DNA of 64,000 nucleotides from Clostridia bacterium. Its GTDB lineage: Bacteria > Bacillota > Clostridia > UBA1381. The first letter of the stretch is position 1, and every line of letters begins with the position of its first letter. The position numbers were made by a program, and so were the translations under genes. The notes beneath the pieces are model-generated. The model was not told the origin of the DNA and did not search any database. It saw only the letters and a program-made list of their open reading frames with translations. The DNA lies in assembly GCA_045612845.1 (NCBI GenBank), contig JAZKZV010000023.1, forward strand, positions 71,819-135,818. The letters are read 5' to 3'. Positions 20,625 to 29,402 of the stretch are shown in pieces.

Positions 20625-22178
20625 ATGAGCATTTTAAATGTTGAAAATGTAACTCATGGTTTTGGAGGCCGTGAAATTTTAGATAATGCCTCATTCCGTT
20701 TGCTAAAAGGCGAGCATATCGGACTTGTAGGTGCTAATGGTGAGGGAAAGTCTACCTTCCTTAATATAATTACAGGTAAACTTCAGCCGGACTCGGGCAC
20801 CGTTGAATGGTGCAATCATATAACAACAGGGTATCTTGATCAATACTCTACTCTCGAAAAAGGAAAATCCATTCGTGATGTGCTCCGCGATGCATTTTGT
20901 CATCTTACAGACCTCGAAGCTCAAATGCTTGCAATTTATGAGAAAATGTCAGATGTATCGGAAACTGAGATGAACGAAATGATGGAGGAAGTAGGACAAA
21001 TTCAGGATATTCTTGATACTTCGGGGTATTATATAATAGATTCTAAAATAAATGAATGTGCTAACGGACTTGGACTTAACGATATAGGTCTTGACAGGGA
21101 TGTTACCGAACTTTCGGGCGGACAGAGAGCTAAGGTACTTCTTGCTAAACTTCTGCTTGAAAATCCTATGATCCTTATTTTGGACGAGCCTACAAACTTT
21201 CTTGATGAAAATCACATTATTTGGTTGAAGAACTTTCTTAAGGAATATGAAAATGCATTTATCCTTGTATCACATGATATTCCTTTCTTAAATGATGTGG
21301 TAAATGTAATATATCATATAGAAAACTGTGTTTTTACACGTTATACAGGCAATTATACTGACTTTGAACGCATGTACGAATTAAAGCAAAAGCAGATTAA
21401 GCAAGCGTATAACAAGCAACAGAAAGAGATAGCTGATTTAGAAGAGTTTGTCGCAAGAAATAAGGCCAGAGCCGCAACTGCAACGCTTGCAAGGTCAAGG
21501 CAACGTCAGCTTGACAAAATGGATATTATTACTCTTGCGCCAGAAAAGGTTAAGCCCAGTTTTTCTTTTAAAACAGCAAGGACACCAGGTAGGGTAGTTA
21601 TTGAGGCTAAGGATTTGGTTTTGGGTTACAATGAGCCGCTTACCAGTCCATTTGACTTCCTTATTGAAAGAAATAAGAAAGTGGCTATAAAAGGGACTAA
21701 TGGCATAGGCAAATCCACACTGATGAAAACGCTTTTAGGCATTATTCCGCCTTTTAATGGCAGTGTAAGTCGGGATCAGTTTGTTGAAGAGGGATATTTT
21801 GAACAGGAAGAAACTGCAAGTGATAAGACTGCACTCGCAGAAATATGGGATGAGTATCCGTCTATGACAAATGCAGAGGTGAGGGCAGCACTTGCCAGGT
21901 GCGGTCTTACTACAGAACATATTACATCGCAGATGAAGGTGCTTTCGGGTGGAGAAAATGCCAAGGTTCGTCTTTGTCGTCTGATGCTCAAAGAAATAAA
22001 TCTTTTAGTGCTTGACGAACCTACAAACCATCTTGATGTTATGGCAAAGGAAGAACTTAAAAAGGCACTATCCGAGTTTCGCGGAACAGTTCTTCTTGTA
22101 AGTCATGAACCTGAATTTTATGAGGACATAGTGGATGAGATTGTAAACCTCGAAAATGTGTCAAATAAATGTGTTTGA
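20625..22178 (+). CDS. ABC-F family ATPase (translation-factor type, no membrane domain)
   Basis: Two ABC cassettes (GANGEGKST / LSGGQRAK and GTNGIGKST / LSGGENAK) separated by a charged linker. Confidence 0.85.
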   Translation: MSILNVENVTHGFGGREILDNASFRLLKGEHIGLVGANGEGKSTFLNIITGKLQPDSGTVEWCNHITTGYLDQYSTLEKGKSIRDVLRDAFCHLTDLEAQMLAIYEKMSDVSETEMNEMMEEVGQIQDILDTSGYYIIDSKINECANGLGLNDIGLDRDVTELSGGQRAKVLLAKLLLENPMILILDEPTNFLDENHIIWLKNFLKEYENAFILVSHDIPFLNDVVNVIYHIENCVFTRYTGNYTDFERMYELKQKQIKQAYNKQQKEIADLEEFVARNKARAATATLARSRQRQLDKMDIITLAPEKVKPSFSFKTARTPGRVVIEAKDLVLGYNEPLTSPFDFLIERNKKVAIKGTNGIGKSTLMKTLLGIIPPFNGSVSRDQFVEEGYFEQEETASDKTALAEIWDEYPSMTNAEVRAALARCGLTTEHITSQMKVLSGGENAKVRLCRLMLKEINLLVLDEPTNHLDVMAKEELKKALSEFRGTVLLVSHEPEFYEDIVDEIVNLENVSNKCV

Positions 22179-22216
22179 TGTTGGCTGTTTAAGATTATAA
22201 AATTTTACATATGTTA

Positions 22217-22256
22217 TAAAAAACCTCAGAAACTGCATGGTTTCTGAGGTTTTTTA
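22217..22256. terminator. intrinsic terminator (left copy of a duplicated hairpin)
   Basis: AACCTCAGAAAC / GTTTCTGAGGTT stem with flanking A- and T-runs. Confidence 0.8.
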
Positions 22257-22259
22257 TAA

Positions 22260-22308
22260 TCGGGAATACAGGATTTGAACCTGCGGCCTCGTCGCTCCGA
22301 AAAAGCTC
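22260..22308 (-). pseudogene. tRNA-Pro 3' fragment (duplicate of 26938-26968, then decaying similarity)
   Basis: 31 nt identical to the 3' end of the intact tRNA-Pro (TCGGGAATACAGGATTTGAACCTGCGGCCTC), followed by about 17 nt of partial similarity. Confidence 0.8.
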
Positions 22309-22453
22309 TAAAGCCTGATATATAGCGGTTATTACTTTTTTTAGCACTTTCCGCTACATACAACATACTCTTTGGACATCATATCTCTGCTGTTTCCATA
22401 TACTCCAGGGCCAACTGTGGGATAACATGTGGTCAAAATCATGCGTAATTATC

Positions 22454-22822
22454 TTATAACAGCATAGTCATGTACAATGGTAAGTATGTTATTCCATTTT
22501 TATCTTTAAAATCGCTGGCATGCAAGACATAAGAAATATGTGTTTGCTCAGTGAATTTATCTTTGAATTTGTTTAAAGATTTTACTGTATAGTTTTTGCC
22601 GGATTTTACTTCTATAGGGGAGATGTTGTGTCTGTTACTTATGTTACTTTTAGAAATAAGAAAATCTATTTCCATTCTTGATGCCGCATCAGTTCTTGAT
22701 GAATTTGAATATAATTCTACATGATATAAGAATATAAAATACCAACGCAAATGTGGCCGTAGGTTTAAATCAGGGATGTGGAGCTGGCAGAATAGCACAT
22801 ATTCCAAGAAATAGGTTGTCAT
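22454..22822 (-). pseudogene. C-terminal remnant of a DUF4143-type AAA ATPase
   Basis: Only the tail (EIDFLI...SPIEVKSGKNY) is recognisable. The N-terminal ATPase part is absent. Confidence 0.5.
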
Positions 22823-22931
22823 TTTTGCTTTAATGTGCTATAATAATTGAAAAGCACTTTAAGTAATACTAAAAATAGGTTAAAGAGATTTTTTTGGTCC
22901 TAACACGACATGAACATGTCACCCAAAAGAT

Positions 22932-22958
22932 TTGCATCTAAACCTTATGTGTCACAAT
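22932..22958 (+). repeat. TTGCATCTAAACC-type 27-nt repeat, copy A
   Basis: TTGCATCTAAACCTTATGTGTCACAAT. Confidence 0.8.
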
Positions 22959-23081
22959 TACTAAAAAGCGGCCATATGAAACATATGTCCCTTATAGAAT
23001 GGATTTTGGAATTTGGAGAAGCCTTTTGGTTGTGGCATTGGAATTGAAAGAAATATAGATAATTAAGGAGGTAAGTATATT

Positions 23082-23804
23082 ATGAAAATACTTATTATAA
23101 GACACGCAGAACCGGATTATCCAAATAATACTTTAACAAATAAGGGTTTTGTTGAGGCGGAATATCTTTCGGATAAACTTTTGCACAGTAATATAACACA
23201 TATTTATTCCTCGCCCCTCAGAAGGGCTGTTTTAACAGCAAAGCCAACAGCTGAAAAAATCAATAAAGAAGTTAAAATGTGCGATTGGCTTACGGAGTTT
23301 GAAGGGAAAATAATTTTGAATGACGAAAAAAGAATTCCGTGGAATATGTTGCCTGCAATATGGCAGAAAGAAACAGAAATATTTAATATTAATACATTTA
23401 AAGAAAGCAATTTATATTCATCAAATGATATGCCTGAAAAATATGAGTATGTAACACAACAATTTGATAAATTGTTAGAAGGCCACGGAGCAAAGCGAGA
23501 AAATATAATCTATAAGGGAGAAAATAATAACGATACAATTGCAATTTTTTGTCATTTTGCATTGGGGATGGTGCTTGTATCGCACTTGACGGGCATTTCT
23601 CCGATTCTTTTGTGGCAAACTATGTTTCTTCCTACATCTTCTATTACAGAGTTTGTAACAGAAGAGAGAGTTAAAGGTGAATTTGTATTTAAGTGTAAAC
23701 AAATGGGGGATACTTCTCATTTGTACATAAAGGGCGAGCCGGTTTCAAATTCGGGATTATTCAGTGAATTTTTCGGCAGCGAAGGTGAGGGGGCAAAGGT
23801 ATAA
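23082..23804 (+). CDS. histidine phosphatase family protein
   Basis: N-terminal ILIIRHAEP motif and SSPLRRA. Strong AAGGAGG RBS. Confidence 0.7.
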   Translation: MKILIIRHAEPDYPNNTLTNKGFVEAEYLSDKLLHSNITHIYSSPLRRAVLTAKPTAEKINKEVKMCDWLTEFEGKIILNDEKRIPWNMLPAIWQKETEIFNINTFKESNLYSSNDMPEKYEYVTQQFDKLLEGHGAKRENIIYKGENNNDTIAIFCHFALGMVLVSHLTGISPILLWQTMFLPTSSITEFVTEERVKGEFVFKCKQMGDTSHLYIKGEPVSNSGLFSEFFGSEGEGAKV

Positions 23805-23874
23805 ATTTGCGTTTTAGTCCGTCGTAATACGAACTATATAAAGAATGTCGAATTTTGCGAAAGGGGAATTTGAT

Positions 23875-24273
23875 ATGAAAAAAGCCATAGTAATAATTGC
23901 AGTAATTTTGGCTGTGATAACTGGATTAGTTGTTGCAGGCAATGTTGCTCTTAATTCATTCAGAACTTTTTTAATGGGAGAACCCGATATTATTCAAGAA
24001 TCCGTTTCACCTGATGGAAAATATGTTGCGTATGTTTTTGAAGCAAATGGAGGAGCAACATCAAAATTCACATATAGATTATCAATATTAAAGAATGGTA
24101 AAAAACTCAAAGCAGGGGATGTTGGCAATACATTTATAACGTATGATGAGTTTGATGTTGAGTGGGTCGAGGATGATACACTAAAAGTTAATAATATTTC
24201 ATCAATATACATATTTAAACAAGAAACAAAAATTGATGATGTTAGTGTAAGTTATAATTACATAAAAGAATAA
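23875..24273 (+). CDS. hypothetical membrane-anchored protein
   Basis: Start at MKKAIVIIAVIL behind an AGGGGA RBS. One transmembrane helix followed by a beta-rich domain. Confidence 0.45.
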   Translation: MKKAIVIIAVILAVITGLVVAGNVALNSFRTFLMGEPDIIQESVSPDGKYVAYVFEANGGATSKFTYRLSILKNGKKLKAGDVGNTFITYDEFDVEWVEDDTLKVNNISSIYIFKQETKIDDVSVSYNYIKE

Positions 24274-24315
24274 TTTTTATGTCTGACTTAATATGAACTT
24301 CTTCTTATATTTGGT

Positions 24316-24342
24316 TTGCATCTAAACCTTATGCCTCGCAAT
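24316..24342 (+). repeat. TTGCATCTAAACC-type 27-nt repeat, copy B
   Basis: TTGCATCTAAACCTTATGCCTCGCAAT. Confidence 0.8.
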
Positions 24343-24366
24343 AAATTATTGAATGGGGACCGGTGT

Positions 24367-24500
24367 CATTCGTAGCTGAATTGACCTTGAAGTCAGCTAC
24401 AAGGCAAATTTAATTTAGCAGTTTCAAAGAAACAATTTAGCTATGAAGCGAAGCGGAATAATTTGACTTTGAACGGAGTTCAAAAGAGTCGACAATAAAA
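24367..24500 (+). repeat. modular AGCTAAAT element, copy 2 (5'-truncated, no promoter)
   Basis: Aligns with the last module and 3' region of copies 1 and 3 (CATTCGTAGCTGAATTGACC...AGCTACAAGGCAAATTTAATTTAGCAGTTTCAAAGAAACAATTTAGCTAT...TTGAACGGAGTTCAA). Confidence 0.6.
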
Positions 24501-24582
24501 GTTACAATTTCTAAAACAGAAGATGCTCTGCAGGAATATTTGAAGTTTTTAGAATAACCGCAATAGATAAGGAGAATAAATC

Positions 24583-25395
24583 ATGTATTTGCAAAATTTA
24601 CATACGCATACTGTTTTTTGTGACGGTGCAGATACGCCTGAAGAGATGATTCTCACAGCAATAGACAAGGGGTTTGATTCCCTTGGCTTTTCGGGACATT
24701 CGTTTATGGCTTGTTCGCCTTTGTTCGCTAAAATGGGCGACAGAACGGAACAGTACAAACAAGAGATAATCGAGCTTAAAGAAAAGTACAAGGAACAGCT
24801 TAAGATATATCTCGGATTGGAAGTTGAGCTATATTCCGGGGCGGATATGACAGGCTATGATTATTTGATTGCTTCCATACACTATTTAAAGTTTGAGGAT
24901 GGATTTGTTCCCTTTGACCGCGATGCAGACTTTATGAAGAAGGTTATAGACGAGCGCTTTGGCGGTGACGGAATGTCATACGCAAAGGCATATTATAAGG
25001 CAATGTCCGAAATTCCAAGCTATGGAAATTTTGACATCATCGGCCATTTTGACATAATTACAAAGCATATTGATAACAGTAATTTTTTTGATTATACATC
25101 AAAAGAATACCTGAATGCCGCTTTTGAAGCGGCGGAAGCGCTACGGGGGGAAATACCATTTTTTGAGGTGAATACCGGTGCGGTTTCCCGTGGTTACCGC
25201 AAGACCCCATATCCGTCCATACCAATAATAAAGGAACTCAAAAGGCTTGGGTATGGCGTGGTTATAACCTCCGACTGTCACCAAAAGGATGCCCTTGATT
25301 GTTATTTTGATGAAGCGGCGGAACTGCTCAGATTTTGCGGATTTAAAGAAAAGTATATACTTACAGATAATGGATTTAAGGCGGTAGAATTATAA
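24583..25395 (+). CDS. PHP-domain phosphatase, HisJ (histidinol-phosphatase) family
   Basis: N-terminal LHTHTVFCDG metal motif and GFSGHS, in 270 aa. Confidence 0.75.
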   Translation: MYLQNLHTHTVFCDGADTPEEMILTAIDKGFDSLGFSGHSFMACSPLFAKMGDRTEQYKQEIIELKEKYKEQLKIYLGLEVELYSGADMTGYDYLIASIHYLKFEDGFVPFDRDADFMKKVIDERFGGDGMSYAKAYYKAMSEIPSYGNFDIIGHFDIITKHIDNSNFFDYTSKEYLNAAFEAAEALRGEIPFFEVNTGAVSRGYRKTPYPSIPIIKELKRLGYGVVITSDCHQKDALDCYFDEAAELLRFCGFKEKYILTDNGFKAVEL

Positions 25396-26468
25396 TGATA
25401 TATTTTACAATTATAGTGTTAATGTTTTCTCTGTTGGCGGCGGTTGACAGAATATTCGGCAGCAAACTCGGACTTGGAAAGGAATATGAAAAAGCGTTTA
25501 ACCTGCTTGGAACAATGTCACTTTCCATGATTGGTATGATAGTAATATCACCTGTCATTGCAGATTTGCTGGAACCTGTATCGGAGTTTTTGTCAAACAC
25601 CTTGCATGTTGATGCTTCAATTATTCCTGCATCTCTTTTTGCAAATGATATGGGTGGAGCACCATTGGCTGTGGGAATGGCAAACAATGAAAAAATTGGG
25701 CTTTTCAATGCACTTGTTGTTTCGTCTATGATGGGGTGTACAATATCTTTCACTATTCCCTTTGCACTTGGGGTGGTTAAGAAAGAACAACACAGAGAGC
25801 TTATTTTCGGGCTTTTGTGTGGCATTGTAACAATTCCCATCGGTTGCATTGTGTCGGGAATTATGTGCAGAATTCCGTTGCTTTCTCTGTTGGTGGTCCT
25901 TCTTCCACTGATTGTTTTTGCGGGAATCATCGCATTTGGACTTATCTGTTTCCCTGATGTTAGTGTTAAAATTTTCAAGGTTTTTGGAACTTTCATTACC
26001 GTTTTAATTACTGTGGGACTTTCTCTCGGCATCATAAACTTTCTCTTAAAAGGCGAATTTATAAAAGGTCTGGCAACCTTGGAGGAAGGTGAAATGATTT
26101 GTGTAAATGCGGCGGTAGTGCTCTCCGGCTCATTCCCGATGGTGTTCGTTTTGGCAAAAATTCTTTCAAAGCCCTTTGGTGTTATAGGAAAAAAGATTGG
26201 TGTTAATGAGTTTTCGGTAGTAGGTATCCTCTCAAGTATGGCATCAAGTGCAACATCCTTTGGAATGATGGACAGAATGGACAAAAAAGGCGTGATGATG
26301 AACTCCGCATTCTCTGTGTCGGGTGCATTTATATTTGGTAGCCATCTTGCTTTTACAATGGCATTTAACTCCGGATACATAGCTCCTGTTATTGTTGGAA
26401 AACTGATTTCGGGAGTCCTTGCGGTAGTACTTGCCGGTGCTATTTTCAATAAGTTAAATAAACAGTAA
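25395..26468 (+). CDS. eutH: EutH-family (ethanolamine-type) permease
   Basis: Polytopic. AAVDRIFG, ANDMGGAPLA and MMGCTISFTIPFALG match the E. coli EutH pattern as I recall it. The start overlaps the upstream stop (TAATG). Confidence 0.75.
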   Translation: MIYFTIIVLMFSLLAAVDRIFGSKLGLGKEYEKAFNLLGTMSLSMIGMIVISPVIADLLEPVSEFLSNTLHVDASIIPASLFANDMGGAPLAVGMANNEKIGLFNALVVSSMMGCTISFTIPFALGVVKKEQHRELIFGLLCGIVTIPIGCIVSGIMCRIPLLSLLVVLLPLIVFAGIIAFGLICFPDVSVKIFKVFGTFITVLITVGLSLGIINFLLKGEFIKGLATLEEGEMICVNAAVVLSGSFPMVFVLAKILSKPFGVIGKKIGVNEFSVVGILSSMASSATSFGMMDRMDKKGVMMNSAFSVSGAFIFGSHLAFTMAFNSGYIAPVIVGKLISGVLAVVLAGAIFNKLNKQ

Positions 26469-26657
26469 ATGAAATCTATTATGAAATTGATTATGGAAAT
26501 TTTGAGGTTGATGAAAAAAGGGAGACATCATATATAAAAGTGTGTATGCGCCTGATGAGCGTGTATATATGGAATCAATAGATAAGCTTATTGGATATCC
26601 CACTGTCATAAAAGCAAAAAATAAAAGCCTTCCCCTCAAGGGGAAGCCTTGAAAGGC

Positions 26658-26684
26658 TTGCATCTAAACCATATGCCTCGCAAT
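26658..26684 (+). repeat. TTGCATCTAAACC-type 27-nt repeat, copy C
   Basis: TTGCATCTAAACCATATGCCTCGCAAT. Confidence 0.8.
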
Positions 26685-26895
26685 GTCGAATTTATTAAAA
26701 TCGGGAGGTTTGTAATTTAAAGAAAAGTATATTAATAGGAATCATCTCTCCACTATTATTTGGTTTTTGGGAAAGTATTATGATTTATATAGCAGTGATA
26801 ACTGGTTATGACGATTTTATCGGAATAATATCATTTTTGATTATGTTTTCTAACATATTCATCACCTTTTTATTAAGAATTTATATCAATATAAC

Positions 26896-26931
26896 AAAAA
26901 CCTTAGAAACTGCATGGTTTCTGAGGTTTTT
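26896..26931. terminator. terminator hairpin downstream of tRNA-Pro (right copy of the duplicated hairpin)
   Basis: AACCTTAGAAAC / GTTTCTGAGGTT, with one G-U position relative to the left copy. Confidence 0.7.
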
Positions 26932-26937
26932 ATATAG

Positions 26938-27011
<74 letters not shown>

Positions 27012-27171
27012 ATTTTTGAGTTATGTATTTACAACAGAAGATATTATACTATAAAATCCATGAAAAGTCAACACTTTTTATGGATTTTCCTTTTAAAATG
27101 TTGTTCTGTATGGGTGTTAACAATATTTTTGTTTATTAAAAATTAAGTAGAAAAAGCTCAATAAAAAATTC

Positions 27172-27200
27172 TTGCAAAAAATAAAAAAATATGGTATAAT
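27172..27200 (+). promoter_or_regulatory. sigma-A type promoter of the two-component operon
   Basis: TTGCAA, 17-nt spacer, TGG-TATAAT (extended -10). Confidence 0.55.
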
Positions 27201-27224
27201 TAAGGTGTGTAGATTTTTTTCTAT

Positions 27225-27944
27225 ATGGCAAAAATTTACAGAAAGGACGAACTCATTATGCAAAATGCGAAAGTGTTAATAGTTGATGACGATAAGAACA
27301 TTGTAGAACTAATAAAACTTAACATTGAAAAAGAAGGTTATAACACTGCTGTAGCATATAACGGTACTGAAGCAATCAAGGTGTTCAAAGAAGAACAGAT
27401 TTCTATTATATTGCTTGATGTTATGATGCCTGAAATGGACGGGTTGCAAACATGTCGAGAAATACGAAAGATAAGCAATGTCCCGATTATAATGCTCACC
27501 GCAAAGGGAGAAACTTTTGATAAGGTATTGGGGCTTGAAATGGGTGCGGACGATTATATGGTGAAGCCTTTTGAGTCGAAGGAGCTTATTGCAAGAGTAA
27601 AGGCTGTTCTTCGCAGAAGTGATAGCAAGGAAGAAACAAAGGACGAAGAAATTCACTATAAGAATTTGTCGATAAATATGTCAAATTACGAGTTAAAGCT
27701 TAATGGCAAGGTTATAGATATTCCTGCGCGTGAACTTGAACTTTTATATTTCTTTGCATCAAACCCCGACAGAGTATTCACCCGTGAACAGATTTTAGAA
27801 AAGGTATGGGGTTTTGAATACTACGGAGATACACGTACAATAGATGTACATATAAAACGATTAAGAGATAAACTCGATGGTGTTGAGGGTGATTGGGAGC
27901 TTGTAACAATCTGGCGTGTTGGCTATAAGTTTAAAACGAAATGA
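27225..27944 (+). CDS. OmpR/PhoB-family response regulator
   Basis: Receiver domain (VLIVDDD, LLDVMMP) plus a winged-helix domain (RVGYKF). The true start may be the internal MQNAK at 27258. Confidence 0.85.
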   Translation: MAKIYRKDELIMQNAKVLIVDDDKNIVELIKLNIEKEGYNTAVAYNGTEAIKVFKEEQISIILLDVMMPEMDGLQTCREIRKISNVPIIMLTAKGETFDKVLGLEMGADDYMVKPFESKELIARVKAVLRRSDSKEETKDEEIHYKNLSINMSNYELKLNGKVIDIPARELELLYFFASNPDRVFTREQILEKVWGFEYYGDTRTIDVHIKRLRDKLDGVEGDWELVTIWRVGYKFKTK

Positions 27945-29374
27945 TGAAAAAAGGAATAAGAAAAAACATACTCGGACGTCTTTTTGTTGCATATGTTGCA
28001 GGATTTTTGTGTGTTCAGACAGTAGTATTTTTTATGGTTAGTGCATTTGTCGGAAGTTATTTTGTTAATCATAAGGTTGACAATATAATGAAAATTGCAA
28101 AAGACATAGAAAAATGGACTGTGGCTATGCATATAGATGTTGTTGATACAAGAGCAAAAGCAGCGTTTAAAAGAACGCTTGATATGTGGAGCACTTATCT
28201 TGAATCGGATATTATTATCATCAACAACAATGGTGAAACAACGGAATCTACAAAACGTGAAATCGAAATCCCTCAAGAGTATGCAACAAGGGTTTTGAGA
28301 GGAGAAATAATAAAAGTAACAAGTAAGCTTAATTCGCAGTATCCTCAAAAGGTTGTGTGTATTGGTGTTCCGTTACGTTACGAGGGGAATCAGATAGGAG
28401 CGTTGTTTGTAAATGCATGGGTGCCCGGAATACGAAGTGAGTATACCGCTTTAATATGGGTTTTTGGACTGTTTTGTCTTATATCTGTCATAATATCATT
28501 TATAATAGTTTATATACAGTCAAAAAAAATATCCAGACCCATCCTGCAAATTAACAATGCGGTAAGAGATATTGCGGCGGGTAATTTCACCGAGAGGGTA
28601 AGCATAGACTCATCTGATGAAATTGGTCAGCTTGCCTCGAGTTTTAATTTTATGGCAGAATCTATCGAAAAAGCAGAAGCACAGAGAATGGCGTTTATAT
28701 CAGATGTTTCTCACGAGTTAAGGACGCCTATGACAAGTATCTCGGGGTTTACAGAAGGTATTCTTGATGGCACAATTCCGCCTGAAAGACAGGAGAAATA
28801 TTTAAAAATTATTCTTGATGAATCACGACGTTTATCAAGGCTTGTAAACGACTTGTTTGAAGTGTCAAAAATGGAAAACAGCGAATATAAGCTAAATATA
28901 TCCCAATTTGATGTAAATGAACTTATCCGTATTTGTATTATTGGATTAGAAAGTAAGTTCTGTGAGAAAAATCTTGATTTAAATATAGATTTTGCTGAGG
29001 ATGAGCTTATTGCGATAGGGGATAAGGACTGCATAAACAGGGTTGTCCTAAATATTATGGATAATGCAATTAAGTTTAGCTACCCAAATACAACTGTTAC
29101 AGTTTCAACGTGGACAGAAAAGAGAAAGATATATGTATCTATAGGTAATTTCGGCGGCGGAATTGACAGTAATGATTTAGGAAACATATTTAACCGTTTT
29201 TATAAGACTGATAAATCCAGAAGCAAAGAGAAAAGCGGAGCGGGTCTTGGACTTGCTTTGGTAAAAAATATACTTACAATGCATAAGCAGAATGTATGGG
29301 TTGAATGTAATAATGCAAAAGAAGGGTCCGACGTAAAATACACAAAATTTACATTCACTCTCGAAGTGGCATAA
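27941..29374 (+). CDS. sensor histidine kinase (HAMP-HisKA-HATPase)
   Basis: Two transmembrane segments, a HAMP domain, H-box SHELRTPMTS, and N and G boxes (GAGLGLALV). Overlaps the regulator stop by 4 nt. Confidence 0.85.
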   Translation: MMKKGIRKNILGRLFVAYVAGFLCVQTVVFFMVSAFVGSYFVNHKVDNIMKIAKDIEKWTVAMHIDVVDTRAKAAFKRTLDMWSTYLESDIIIINNNGETTESTKREIEIPQEYATRVLRGEIIKVTSKLNSQYPQKVVCIGVPLRYEGNQIGALFVNAWVPGIRSEYTALIWVFGLFCLISVIISFIIVYIQSKKISRPILQINNAVRDIAAGNFTERVSIDSSDEIGQLASSFNFMAESIEKAEAQRMAFISDVSHELRTPMTSISGFTEGILDGTIPPERQEKYLKIILDESRRLSRLVNDLFEVSKMENSEYKLNISQFDVNELIRICIIGLESKFCEKNLDLNIDFAEDELIAIGDKDCINRVVLNIMDNAIKFSYPNTTVTVSTWTEKRKIYVSIGNFGGGIDSNDLGNIFNRFYKTDKSRSKEKSGAGLGLALVKNILTMHKQNVWVECNNAKEGSDVKYTKFTFTLEVA

Positions 29375-29402
29375 CGTATATATTAAGAAAGGATATATAA
29401 AT

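Noticed and set aside
20440-20694. 84-aa minus-strand ORF from the track
   Set aside because: It lies antisense to the esterase remnant and the ABC-F start. It has no RBS and no recognisable family.
22291-22453. Integrase remnant next to the tRNA-Pro fragment
   Set aside because: I translated all three minus-strand frames by eye. None shows the tyrosine-recombinase C-terminal pattern (HxLRH...LGH...Y).
25376-26449. 357-aa minus-strand ORF mirroring eutH. Similar long antisense ORFs occur at 8359-9021, 48477-49280, 50573-51238 and 53772-54176.
   Set aside because: These are shadow ORFs opposite well-supported genes (eutH, cdaA, MATE, atpD, atpF). They have low-complexity, biased composition and no RBS.
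26560-26655. Possible ATP-grasp gene fragment (…MESIDKLIGYPTVIKAKN…)
   Set aside because: Only an IGYP.VIKA-like heptad supports it, which is too short to call. The end of the stretch is better explained as a hairpin (CTTCCCC/GGGGAAG).
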